DNA of 64,000 nucleotides from Rhizodiscina lignyota (lineage: Eukaryota): contig ML978138.1 in NCBI GenBank assembly GCA_010015805.1, forward strand, positions 310,001-374,000, in the 5' to 3' direction. The position numbers and the translations under genes were made by a program. The notes under the pieces are model-generated. The model saw only the letters and a program-made list of their open reading frames with translations. It was not told where the DNA came from and made no database searches. Shown here piece after piece: positions 12,638-24,612 of the stretch. Numbering within the stretch: position 1 is the stretch's first letter; each line of letters starts with the position of its first letter.

Positions 12638-15463
12638 ATCGTCCTTTAGATCCAGTTAGCGTATCCCGAGCACCACCGGCGTCTTTGCATTGGAATGATA
12701 ACGGAAGATACCTGATCATGCGGCACGACAAACGGGATACCATCGAATAAGTGCGATCATTGCGACGGCGTCATGGGCCTGCTTTTTCAGTCTTTCAAGC
12801 ATTCACAGGTTTTGTATCTTGATCATCAGCCGCTGCCACACCGATCCGTTGTGTGGTAGGCCTACATACACATTGGCAAGCTCTTGTAAGGAGGAGTACG
12901 TGGCTTTGTTCAACTTTGGCTTTGACTTTGGCTCCGGCCTTGGCTTTGCGTCGTTAGAGACTGTATTTCTCTCTGGCTCCGGAGATTCTCGGCATTGGGC
13001 TGTGCACTGAATGAGGTGTTGACTCTGCTTCTTTGCTTAATGCATTTCAGTCTCATATTTGGCGTCCCTCGATCCTAATTGTGTCTAAAAACGTCGATCG
13101 ATACCTATGAGGACGTCAAAAATTTCTCAGTCTTCGGATGTGCGCTTCAGATGTGGTTTTCCGCGTGCGTGAATATCAGTCGCCATTGTCATTCTGAACC
13201 TTTCCCCCCATGCGGAGACACGACTTGATGAAACTTGCAAACACGCCCCAGATGATTCCCCCCTGTTTGACCTTCGAAAGGCCGGACCCACGCTCCCCTG
13301 TCCATGGGTAAAATCGAATGTTTCTGGCATAGTCCAAACGTCTGGGACAGCTTAAATCCTGATTGCAGCACTTTAAATATAGCGGGCGGGTTCAAACGCG
13401 AGCTTAAATGCAAGGGTTAAATTGATCCTCTTCTGCTTATGGCACTAAAGACATCTCTTGGCTCCCCATCTATGCATTCAAGCGTCCCAGAAGCCAGATC
13501 AATCCATCGCTAGCCCTGAATGACTTCGATCAGCGTCGATAGGCAAGGCAAGGCAGACTGATGTGAGGACGATATATGGTTCCTGGGTGGCGGTACTCGT
13601 TCTCGGCTGAGGGAAGTCGCGCTTTCTGTATACGGCAGTGCCAAGAGTAGATGAGGCAGCTCTTGACGAGCGCAACTGCTGGATATTGTGACTGGCTACC
13701 GTGACTGGTTTTGCAAATAATGCCACCTGCACAAGCCAATGTTGGACAGTCTTTTCCATTCCCATTCCTCGTGGAAGGCAGTCCTGAATCATCTCGCCAC
13801 CTTCAAGTAAATTGGCGCGCGGCTCCGGTGGCTGGTGTTCTCGTCACGTCGATGTTTCGCGGGCTGTTTCGCGGGCGTTTGACCGTGAGCTATGTCCATG
13901 CGCTGGGGCTGGTGCAGTTCACTTTCACTCAAACTGGGATTTCGTCTAATTTTCAAGAGTCATTTCGGCAAGACACTCATCTACATGAATCCAGAATATG
14001 GACAGGAGATGGCAAAGAGTTCGGGAGTTCGCACGCTCTCACTTCGACATCTAGAACTGCACGGTGACATGCGCTCCAATAAATACACGCACCCAAGCAC
14101 GGCTAGAGCAGCACCCTTGCCGCGCGACGGGAAATCCGAGGCGAGACGCAGGCGGGCCGCAGTGCTAGAGCCTTAGAGGATGCTTCAATTTTTAGGCCTT
14201 AAGCGGCGCGCTTCCGGGACTTGCCTGTGGAGGCTGCAAGGGCGGCGAGGCCCGGCGAGAGCTCGTAGCTGGTCCACTTGGAGCAGAGCATGGAGCAGGA
14301 TGTGATGCCGCGGAGGCCCGAGATCGAGTGATCGCTTCCAGGGCCAGGAAGCGCGTGTGCGGGAGTGGCCTGAGTGGGTGGATGAAGGGTGCCGGCTGAG
14401 TGAGAGATGCGCTGCCTCAGTGCCTGCCGGTGCTGCCAAACATGGCAGCAGAGGGAACGGAGAGGGAAGAGAGGCTCGTATTGAGGGCAGCGAGAACGAG
14501 GTTAATGCGGAGACCAGTGGGTGTAAGACGGGTACGGTAGGGCGGCACTGCTTGGTGTGGTGGTACCTGAGAATGGGTGGTGTCGTACCTGTCTTAAAAT
14601 AGGGCTGAGCGACATTCTGTGCCAGCGCGGCCAGGAAGCTGTCACAGCTTGAAATGAAGCGAGGTGATCAGTGAGCAGGACTGTTTGGTCGATGCGCGTT
14701 TGGAGCGGGCCTTCACCAGCGATTTGCATGCATGGGAAGCGCTGGCCGCAGGAGAGATTGGCATAGGGAGCAGCGACTGCGTGACATACGGCTGTCAAGA
14801 GGTGAAGTCTCTGTCCTCGCATTCTGGCGCTGCTACCGAACGCTCTGAAGGCATGCCGGCGACCCAAATAAGCACCTGCAGCGCCTTTACAAATGCTGCC
14901 ACCAATCACCGGCGCGCTGGGAGTCGACGAGCCAGGTAAAACATCCCAAAGCGCACAAGCACACCCAGACCACCCCTCCATGGCCTCTATGTCAGCAACC
15001 CACCTGCCCATCCACATCCCTTCACCACTCGCTTGTGCTGCAGCGCTGAGGTAGTCCTACAGCACGCCGCCGCTCTTTGTTGGCCACCGGCCACCAGCAA
15101 CACGACTCCCTCCACACTTCTCCGAGCCCACGACATCTCCGCACCTGACGTCTTTCTTCCGTGAACACCTGAGGCGTCGGGAGCGAGTGTTGCCTCACTT
15201 CACTGCTGCTGCTCCGTCTCGGTCTTTGTTCTTTTGACACAGGCACTTGTGACTATCATGTTTGCTTCTGCCATCATGATCGATCGGTTATAGGATCCAC
15301 ATCCTCTGCCTTCACGCTGCTTGCCCGATTGCCTAGCACCGCCCTTCCTACGCCCTGGCAACACTCTCCACCGACACCACTTGCCTGCCACCTCTTCCAC
15401 AATTGACGAGCGAGCACACCTTTTCTACAATACCGAAACCACCAACGAATCGCAGCTGCGGTC

Positions 15464-17606
15464 ATGGCTCCGCTGGGCATTGAGCTATCCGGAGCTCCAG
15501 ATGAGCTCATCGGCACGCCAGAGGCCAAAGCCTCCGCCGTGCAGGTGATGCAGATCGACCTCACCAAGTCAGTGCTGGATGAGCTTCTCCAGTGTACTCG
15601 AAACGGGAAGCCGCCGCACATTCTGTTTGGAAGGAATCCTGTGCGTACCCGAGACACCCTCTCCCACATCATGAGAGACATAGAGGCGTGGTGCACGGAC
15701 TCTGAGCTGAAGACTGACTGAAGACTGACAGAGACTTGAATACGGCGACAAAACCAGAATTCTCGAACACTCTTCAGAGAACTTTCGACATGAACTATAT
15801 CGCTATGAGGAAGGAGAGGAGCAGGAATGGGCGTTCGGCGGCCTCATCAACCATTCGCTGCAGTTGCAGAAGCTGCGAGAGTCGTCCGCGAATTCGGACA
15901 AGGCGTTGGAGAATTTGAAGAGCAGTCTCGCGCACATTCAGGAGCAGAGAGACGCCGAAAAGTACGTTCGATTGTTCTGCTACCGACATTCTTCGTCATC
16001 TCCGCAAATATAGGTCCACATATGCTAACACTGTTGTCACAATAGAACCATCATAGAAACGACATCGCAGGCACCGCCATCAAGGAATAACAAACTGCCC
16101 AAATCAAAAGGCCATCTTCGAACCCCCTCGCTTCTCGCCAATCTCCAGAAATCCTCGTTGCCGAACAGTCCATCCCTCTCCGCACTAAGCTCACCAGCAC
16201 TTGCACCTGCTCCCACATCAATCCCCGAGAGCGAAGCCAAGGCCATGTTTAACGCACTCCGGGCCCCCATCGTTCACCTCCTAGCCGTCAAGCCCGCATC
16301 CCTCGATTCGATTTGCAAGAAGACCAGAGGCAGACTCCAGGACGTAACCAAGGTCATCGAACAGACGGGCAAGAAGGTCAATTCGGACTCCGGCAGCGCC
16401 ACACTCTACGAATTGCACGACAGGTCCTACAAGTTTCTAGATGTCTACAAATTCCGATACAGCGTGGAGGAGCGAGAGACCGCTGTCAAGAATGCCGTCA
16501 GGGCGTTCGACCGCATGAGAGTCAGCAGGGAGGACAATCTGTGGCAGATGCTTCTGCCACAAGAAGAGCGCGGCAAGGGCAAGGTGCTGTCACGTCTGGG
16601 TGATCTCAGTCAAGGACCGCGGAACACGCCGATGATGACGGCGCAGAAGATTGATCGGAAGACGGGCCTGTTGAAGAAGACGGAAGTCAAGAAGGAGCGA
16701 AAGTCCGCGAAGCACGATGACGAGGAGGATAAGGCGCACAAGAGCGAGGGGGGCTCCAAGCTAGCATCGCAGGAGAAGAAAGAGAGGAAGCCAAGAGAAC
16801 CGAGCACGAAGGTACCAAAGTCCAAGGAACCGCGAATGGGCCGCAAGGCAGAACGAAAAGCGGAACTCGAAGCGAGACCGGCAAAGGCCTCCAAAACCAA
16901 CAACGCGCAGCGGCCAGCTCCCCCGGCAAGCAAACCCAAGAATCCATCTCCGCTGAGTAGCTCACCACCGGTCAATGCCTCCGACTTCGAAGACTCCCAC
17001 CCAGTTCACAAGCGCCTACAAGCTGCCGCCTCGCCGGCGAAGAAGCGCAAGGCCGACGAAGCTTCCGACTTGGAAGACTCCCACCTCGCCCCCAAGCGCC
17101 TGCAACAAGCTGCAGCTTCACCCGCGAAGACTGCAGTCTCAGTCTCTCCCGCGAAGAAGCGCAAGGCCGAGGAAGGCGACACGCCTAACACGTCCACGCC
17201 ACCCATCAAAGCTCGAAAACTACACCCTTCTACAGCCCCAATATCCAAGACCGCCGCCTCGACTCCCAACGGCATAACACCCACGTCTACGCCTCGCGTT
17301 AACGGACACTCCCACGGCGCAGTGAAGCCCGCGATCACGAACGGAATGGCAGCTACGACCACGAACGGTGTCCCCGCAACGAGCTCGAGCAGCCAAAGCC
17401 CGAGTCCCCCGCTGACGCTCAGCTGGCGCCAGCAGCTCGATCTGGCACAGAAGTTCAAGCGCTACTATGAGAGGTATGAGAAGCTGTGGCACCAGCTGGC
17501 GGATAGTCCGACCCCACCGAGTGAGCAGGCGAGGGAGGAGCTGATGAGGATGCATGAGCGGTTGGGCGAGATGAAGAGGGAGATTGCTGGCGGCAGAGTG
17601 AGGTGA
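15464..17606 (+). CDS. RNA polymerase II elongation factor ELL-like protein (spliced)
   Basis: N-terminal VMQIDLTKSVLDELL; central ALRAPIVHLLAVKP...LDVYKFRY...AVRAFDRMR; C-terminal occludin/ELL-type LAQKFKRYYERYEKLW...LMRMHERLGEMKREI; introns near 15641 and 15962. Confidence 0.75.
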
Positions 17607-19002
17607 ATGGAGGATAGCGTCAGGATAGCGTCCAGGAGAAATGATGCCTGGAGATACGTGCATGGGTTTCGTCGACATGGAGACATTGGAAGCTCAAAAA
17701 TCGGCGGTGACCGAGTAACGGTGTTCAGACACGAGGATGAAGGGCATGATAATACCGCGGCGACGGTGTACTTCAAGAGGCGACGCAAAATCATCTCGAT
17801 GATGCGTTGGCTGTTGGATAGGTACAGAAGCTTCCAAAATAAGAGAATATTTCTTTCAAGAACGGTGCCATTGTGCATGCAGGGTTTTAGGATTGTTCCA
17901 CGGATACTGATGCCTTCTCGGAACGCTTCCAAACTACTACGAAGACAGTGATATTATATACACCTCAGCGCAGGTTAGGGAGGCTCCAGGTTCGTCGTGT
18001 TCGCAATATTTGGCCGTTAGCTCGCCATCGCGAGGAGTAGTCAGCGAGCGACTCTGCGATCTGGGCTTGCATTTATTATGTCTTCTCTCACCGACCCTCC
18101 TCGACATGCGTTTGTTCTCTTGCGTTTGTTCTCCTTTGCGCTGCTCAGTACAAAGTTGAGATTTCATTTAAGTACTCGTTCGCCTTCTATTCGTCCCACA
18201 TGAGATGATTGTCTTTCGCAGTTCGTATCTCCGCAGTTAGCAAGAGAAGAGGACGCACCGATCACTGACCAGGTGGTCAGAGCATTATCTGAAGAGACAC
18301 GCAGACTCTATGAAAGAGAATGGACTCGGTGCACTTCTCCTCTTTTTCCCACCTATCTCATTGCACTTCTGCATATCGCTGATTCGGTTGACCGGCTGCA
18401 TAGTAATGGACTTGGCGGCTGAATGGACCTGGCTGGGAACTGGAGCGGCCCCGTCATCACAGCCGAAGCCGAAAGTTATCGTTCATTCTGGCAGAGCGCC
18501 CCCTCACTAGGACCATGCTCGTATATACATGAGCAATCTACCGGAATGGAAAGGCCTACCCCAGATTCCCCTTTCGCATGTGTAGCCAAGTCGCCTCTCC
18601 GTACGAAGCCTCCACAAGCTTTGCCTTCCGTGGTGCGCCGGACGCCACCAAAGCCATACACGCTGAGCAACGCGTTAAAATTCTTTTACTCTCAGCCTCG
18701 AGGTAAATGTCTCGGTTCCTGCTCCTCAAATTCAGCCCATCCTGAGCAATGAACTATTACGGATTGGTAGGAGCTGCGTATTGGTAGGAAAAATGGCCTT
18801 GCGGAGCAGTACGAGCTGTGGAGCAATATGGACTGTAGGACAGGACGATATGTTCTCTTTGTGGCTACTGTTTCGTACAGTTGCTGGAGAGCATTGCCTC
18901 CGCTTGATACGGCAGAAGGAGCAGAACTCATGGAGCAGGCACAGTGGCAAACTTCATGTTAGGTAGAGACGACTTTCAAGTGGTGGAATCATTCTCTGTT
19001 GC

Positions 19003-19080
19003 TATTCCTCGTCTCAAAGATATTCTCCATCTCAAAGGAAGATTGCTCGACTCAAAGAGATATTCCTCGCCTCAAAGAGA
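19003..19080 (+). repeat. Four degenerate tandem units of 18-20 bp with an invariant CTCAAAG core, upstream of a TATA box
   Basis: tattcctcgtctcaaaga / tattctccatctcaaaggaa / gattgctcgactcaaagaga / tattcctcgcctcaaagaga. Confidence 0.85.
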
Positions 19081-19123
19081 CTCCCGATTGTATGCTAATT
19101 AGCCGTGAAGACACGGCCTGGGG

Positions 19124-19131
19124 TATATAAA
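19124..19131 (+). promoter_or_regulatory. TATA box of the peptide precursor gene
   Basis: TATATAAA about 120 bp upstream of the ATG at 19247. Confidence 0.65.
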
Positions 19132-19246
19132 CAGACGTCGGTTTGGCACCAGCTAGATCCACCAAGCTGTCAATCACAGTTAATTCCTCGTCTATCAGAA
19201 CAGAATTCCGAATTTGTTCAGACTTTTAAGTCACAAATACATAACA

Positions 19247-19435
19247 ATGAAGAGCTTCTTTGTCGCCGCTATCACCCTCGCCTTCGCGCTTACCATCTCG
19301 GCCGCGCCAGCAGAGAAGGTCGCACGCAACATCCACTACTTTAATAGACGTCAGGCCTGCGGTTGTGACTCTTTCGGCCAGTTTTGCTGCGCGGGAGGAG
19401 ACCAGACGTTTTGCTACGACTCTGATCTTTGCTAA
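19247..19435 (+). CDS. Small secreted Cys-rich prepropeptide (62 aa), candidate RiPP precursor
   Basis: MKSFFVAAITLAFALTISA signal peptide, pro-region APAEKVARNIHYFNRR ending in dibasic RR, core QACGCDSFGQFCCAGGDQTFCYDSDLC; ACAATG start context; TATA box upstream. Confidence 0.85.
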   Translation: MKSFFVAAITLAFALTISAAPAEKVARNIHYFNRRQACGCDSFGQFCCAGGDQTFCYDSDLC

Positions 19436-20213
19436 GGTAACCGGAATAGGGCGTGTCATCACGTACTCATGCTAACAGCACGATAGTAGCTAAGCAGCCT
19501 TATGAGGCTCGGTTTTGTCTGTGGAAGCATAGGGTAGCGGAGAGATGGCGGTGAAGGGAGCCAGTAACCAGATGCTTTACGACACTCTTTGATCAATTCC
19601 AAATGGAGAGGGGGAATCGAAGGTGGCGGAGGGGTGGTAGATAGTACTGGAGGAAGGAGTCAAAAATCACAGATTGAGCTTTCTACTTGCGCGGTGCCTA
19701 TCCTTTCCAGACGTTGGTGTGCAAATGGAGACACCGATGGTTTGCATGATCAGCGATAATAATGGAACGGGCCGGCGGGGGCTTACATACTTGATGCAAG
19801 TGATATAAATCCCTGCACGCACAGCAAGGGAGAAGTCGATGCGTTCCTTCGTCAGCTTCTGTACACTCTCAGGATCCTGCCAGAGCCATTGCCTTACTGA
19901 AATGACTTTCCGAAGCCTTTTAGATATTCCATTAAGCATGTTTGGGGCTCGCACAATGTACCACTGCGATGTTTTTCCGCCTTCTACCCAAAGGAGTTCG
20001 TTTAGAGCTGGCCTCACATCTCCTTGCGCGGTGTTGCGCGGTGCCGCACCCATCCTCTGCTTATGATTTTCCACGTATGGCGATACAGCGGCTAAAGAGA
20101 ATGAGTGAGACATCAATAGTGGAAGTCACTTCACTAAGTAAAGTACATGTTCATAAGTTTTCTCATGTGAACTATTACAATACATTCTTTGCGACTGAGA
20201 CGTCTACAGCGTC

Positions 20214-21172
20214 ATGGGCGGAGACTCGAAAAAATACAGCAAAATTCCCGAAGATGAAGAAGATCAGAATGCTCGATCTCACGACAACCAAGGTCTGATA
20301 TTCTGGCCCGCATGCTCTGCATTTCTGTTCGGACTGTGCTTGCTCCTGTTATTCTTTTTGCAACGAAGCGCCTCCTCTACATGCGTAGTCAGAGACGGAT
20401 GTCGACAGGAGGCAGCTAAGACCGACTTCGGTTTGCAATCCACAATAGCGCGGGCGATGGCAGTGTGCTAATACTGAGAAGAAGCAACAGCCTCTGCAAT
20501 TGAATACCACGAAGTCAAGTTTGGGGGGTTGGTGTTTGCGGACGGGCTGCTTGAGCTAAAGAGTGGAAGCCAAGGTAGTGGTCCATATGTTGGAGCTTCC
20601 TTTGACGAAGTCGACAAGGCTTGGGATGATATACTGAAAGGTTAGCGCCCAGTGCGTCTACATTGTCAACCCCTCCGCTCAGCATTGGAGTAGAACGGTG
20701 GTTCAATTTGACCGCAAGCGAGAAGCAAGAGGTGTTTGGAGACAACTCTGACAGATACCTTGACTTCATTCAGTCAGTATTCAACCATCCCGTGGCATGA
20801 ACGGTGCATAATATTTGGTAGACTGGATGCCTTTCACCTCCTACACTGTATCAACCAACTCCGAAAACACCTCGATGCAGACCACTACTTCCCGGACGGA
20901 CAGACCAATGGTCGTGCTCATCTCGGTATGATCTCCGTCGAGAAGGGTGTGATAGTATCTAACTGATTCCAGATCACTGCCTTGATGTGCTTCGAGAGTC
21001 CGTGATGTGTCACAGTGACCTTACCCCGATTCCATATGTATTCTTTGAGAACAGCCCTCTTTACTACAGCGATTCGATTCGGACGCATACTTGCCGGAAC
21101 TTCGAGAAAATACGCGATTGGATGGTCGAGGAGAGGAGCCCGTTTGAGATTGAGTTTTTCAAACTTGAATAG
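20214..21172 (+). CDS. DUF3328 / UstYa-like oxidase, about 5 exons
   Basis: N-terminal TM anchor, AIEYHEVKF, EVDKAWDDI, two HxxHC motifs (FHLLHCINQLRK; AHLDHCLDVLRESVMCHSDLT, split by intron 20926..20972) and HTCRNFEKIRDW. Confidence 0.93.
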
Positions 21173-21329
21173 GCTGCCGCCAGGAAAGAAGGGTGCGATA
21201 CCTAGAGCGAACGTGTCCTGAGAAGAAGTATATTGTCGATGCACGGATCCGGTTTTCGAGGAGTCGGCGCGCCTCAAGTGTATGAGACATTACACTGCTG
21301 GCTGCTCTGTATGGGGTGTTCTCAAGCAG

Positions 21330-24300
21330 TCAAGCAGGAATGGTTTTGGAGAGGAAACATTGAATGCATAAGCTTCGACAACGGTGCACTTTGTTGAAGA
21401 AAGAGGTAGTATTGCTTACATGAACCTCTCCTCCAGGTTCGATCTGCTGTAGCAAACGGGATATCACACGGGATATGAAATACTGAATTTCACTGAAATT
21501 TGCGCGTTCATTCAAGAAAGGAGATTGATACACCCGAAAACTACTGTTTCGTCCACAGCGCCATATTGCCCTTATTATTCCAGATTGCGTCTGAGCTGAA
21601 ATGAAAGTCTGTTCAAGCGAGAATGATTCGCCGAGATTCCGTAGTAGCATTTTCCACGCCGCGATTATTACCTCTTCCGCCTCTCCTGTTCGCTCCTCTT
21701 TGAGATCTGGGCGGCTCCTCCACATTCGTGATTTTCAGGTAGTTCGTCAAGATGAGATCATCTTCCGCCTCTTCACCTTCTTCCGCCAAAATCATGTATT
21801 GCCCAGCAAGCACCGCGACGTCGCCCGTTCGAACTTGGTCGTCGCGAAGTGCCTCATCGACATGCTCCAGTGGAGAAGCAAAGTATTTGACGTCCTGATT
21901 CTGAAGAGAGATTTCAATCACCGAATCAGAGCGCCAGGTTACGGTCGACACCACTGATGTTATAGCTTTGAAGTCCAAACGTGTCGCTCCCTTACTCGAT
22001 GCTTTGTACTCGTACCAGACACTGGGCACAAGGAATGTGGAGCCAATCTGCTGAATCACCGACGCGATCGGCTCGTCTGAGGCAGTTGGGTCTTGCTGGA
22101 TTTGTTGCCGCATTCTCTCGCTACTCTGGACCTTTTGATCGACTTCGTGCAGTTTCTCCTCTACGTGTTGTAGATTTTGGATTCTGACGCCCGAGAAGTT
22201 GTCCGAGATGCGTTCACGGTAATAATTTACCACACCCTGAACTTCGCGATCGTCTTGTGCCATAATGGATACAGCATCGCTGAGTGTAATCTTACGTCCT
22301 TCGACTTTGTACGCGACAGCCAGAGTCTGTTGGTCAAGACCTGCTGTGTGTTTAGCCAATCGTCCAGAGGTGCGGCACTCTTTCAGCATGCTGATCTCAT
22401 GGGGCCGCCCTCTTTTCGAAAACGCACTGATTGTTCTTCTTCGTCGGATCGGTGCCGAAACGAAGCTGTTGATTTGCTTAATGACAGGGTTAATGAGCTT
22501 GACTGCATCACGCGATGCATCATTGAGGTGAATCTCTTGAATCTCCAAGTCACAGAAATGGTCACGGGAATCGGGGTGAGCTTCTTTGATGGTGTATACC
22601 CCTGCTACTTTGTTAGTCGCACCCACTATTTCCGTCAGAGTCTAACATACCTGGAACGAGGCAAACGATGCGCTCATAATCCGCAGCCCGAATAATGTAT
22701 TTTTCGTCGTTCGTCAGAACTACAGTGATTTCGCCATCGTCGTCTTCCCTGTCGATCATCTGGTCTATTCTAGGTACGTCGTTGAATGTACGCAACGGAC
22801 CAGAGTACTGAAGCCTCGTGAACATCTCCGACGATTTGATGCCAGCTTCAGGCCATTTTACGACCCACGACATCTGGCTCCGACCCAACTAGCTCACGGT
22901 TCCCGGTAGGATGTAATCCAGAGGAAGCATATGGGCAATGAATGCATCCCAACATTTACTAAAGTCAAACTCGTTAGAGTCAACTCGTGGCCATCCTTCG
23001 GGGACAGGAATCATGGACATCATGAAGACCTTGGGGTTGATGGACAGCAATGGGAGCACTTTCAAGAAAAGAAGTTCGACACTGCTGCGATCGGCTTTGA
23101 ATTTATACGTTGACTCCAAGAATAATCGGATGTCGCTCAAGTCGTCGTCGTTGAGAAGCGAAAGCAATAGTGTGAGCATCTGGAGGAATCGGGGACGAAT
23201 GAACTTTTGAGCTGTTCCGTCAACGTCAAGTGTGTTGTAGTATGCAGCGCTCAGTGATATCATTTCCTGAATGCCTTTGCTGGTCGTCAGTGTTTTGAAC
23301 TGCCGCCCTTGCTTTATCCCGTAACGCGTATTTCGGGAGTTGATGATGTAACTGCGGGTGGACAGGCGAAACAACAAAGGACTGCGGTGGAAAAGTCGGC
23401 GAACATCTTCCATCATGCTTTCGAGGAAGGCTTTGGTGTCGTCCAGACTCAGTCTGGGCCACCACGCTGAATCAATATCCTGTAGCTGACTATTAGATTC
23501 ATCAAAGACAGCCCTTCGACTTCGATCAAGGTGCTCTCAAGGTCAAATTCGTCTCGATGTTTGCAAAGATCCTGAACCACTTTGACTTGTTCGCTATCGA
23601 TGGTCACTCCGGCGACCGGCCGGCTACGAGGCGTCAAAGCCAAGCGGCTAAGACGATGCATAGCCTTCTCTGCAATTTCGGCGGTCTTGTCGTTCTGGAT
23701 CACAGAGAGGTCTGGGGTTACCTCGAACTCAGAAAGCAGAGAGCCTGCAGTATTCACCCTCCATACGGAGTCCATCTGGTCTGGATCTCTATTCGTCATC
23801 ATATTCGTTTGCTCCAGTCGGTTGACAGTTGGTCTGTCCGCACCTGGAAGAAAAGACAGTCCGACTTTCAAGATTGGGGCATTTTCAAGGACTTCTCGGA
23901 CAGGCTGGCCACCAGCATAGCTTCTCCTGAAGCCCATGTCCGCAGCCCTTTCGATGCGCTTGATCATCAAATCCGTATCTTCAATGGTTATCATCTCCTT
24001 TTGAATCCCATCCATGACATCAAGAGCAGCCTGCATTGTCCGGTGTCTCTGATCTGCATTGGTCGAAACTAGTGCTAACTCATCAGAGCCGCTGCTGATA
24101 CTGCTATCGTGAGGCCTAGGGTGAGCCGGCTGTATGTGGACGGGTTCAATGCCATTGATTGACAGTGATCCAGCTGCAACATCAAAGCCATCCTCATCAT
24201 GGTTTCGAGCGTTGAGCCTCGAAGGCTCAGAAAGTATCTCATCGTGTGATAGGATCGGCTGGTGATTGGAAGGAAGAGGTCGTCTAGGACCGATACCACT

Positions 24301-24612
24301 GACAGGTCTCTGCTCACTCTCATGGCAGCTTGCACTTTACGGTACCAAGGCGCTAGTCTCCGGCGAGCGAACGAGACTTGTAACGGAGCCCCTTTCCTAT
24401 AACATCGAGAAGTAAATCTTCTGATGCAGGCTAGGCAAGCTACGCCCTGACAACCTCGAATACAACTCCACCGACGCGAGGAAGCTTCTTAGTACTGCCG
24501 GGGCCAACTTTGATCGCGTGGCTTCGCAGACTGTACGCTCGCTGGAAACCAGCTCCTTCGTATAAATGATGGCCTTTACCCGTAGCATTTTCAGCCTTGG
24601 CACTCCTGTCAA
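21330..24612 (-). pseudogene. Large orphan gene of about 1000 codons, spliced and/or degenerate
   Basis: Chain of same-strand ORFs; one clear intron near 22650-22601 (GTATGT..GACTAAC..AG), a probable intron 22897..22808, two in-frame stops near 24337-24399 and frame changes near 23500 and 21725. Confidence 0.5.

Noticed and set aside
15258..15293. Short uORF MFASAIMIDRL upstream of the ELL-like gene
   Set aside because: Too short to distinguish from chance without TSS or conservation data
16980..17170. Internal duplication SD(F/L)EDSH..KRLQ.AAASPAK in the ELL-like protein
   Set aside because: Ordinary local duplication in a disordered linker
18310..18966. Short ORFs between the ELL-like gene and the peptide precursor, considered as extra cluster genes
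   Set aside because: No motifs of tailoring enzymes or transporters and no coherent gene model
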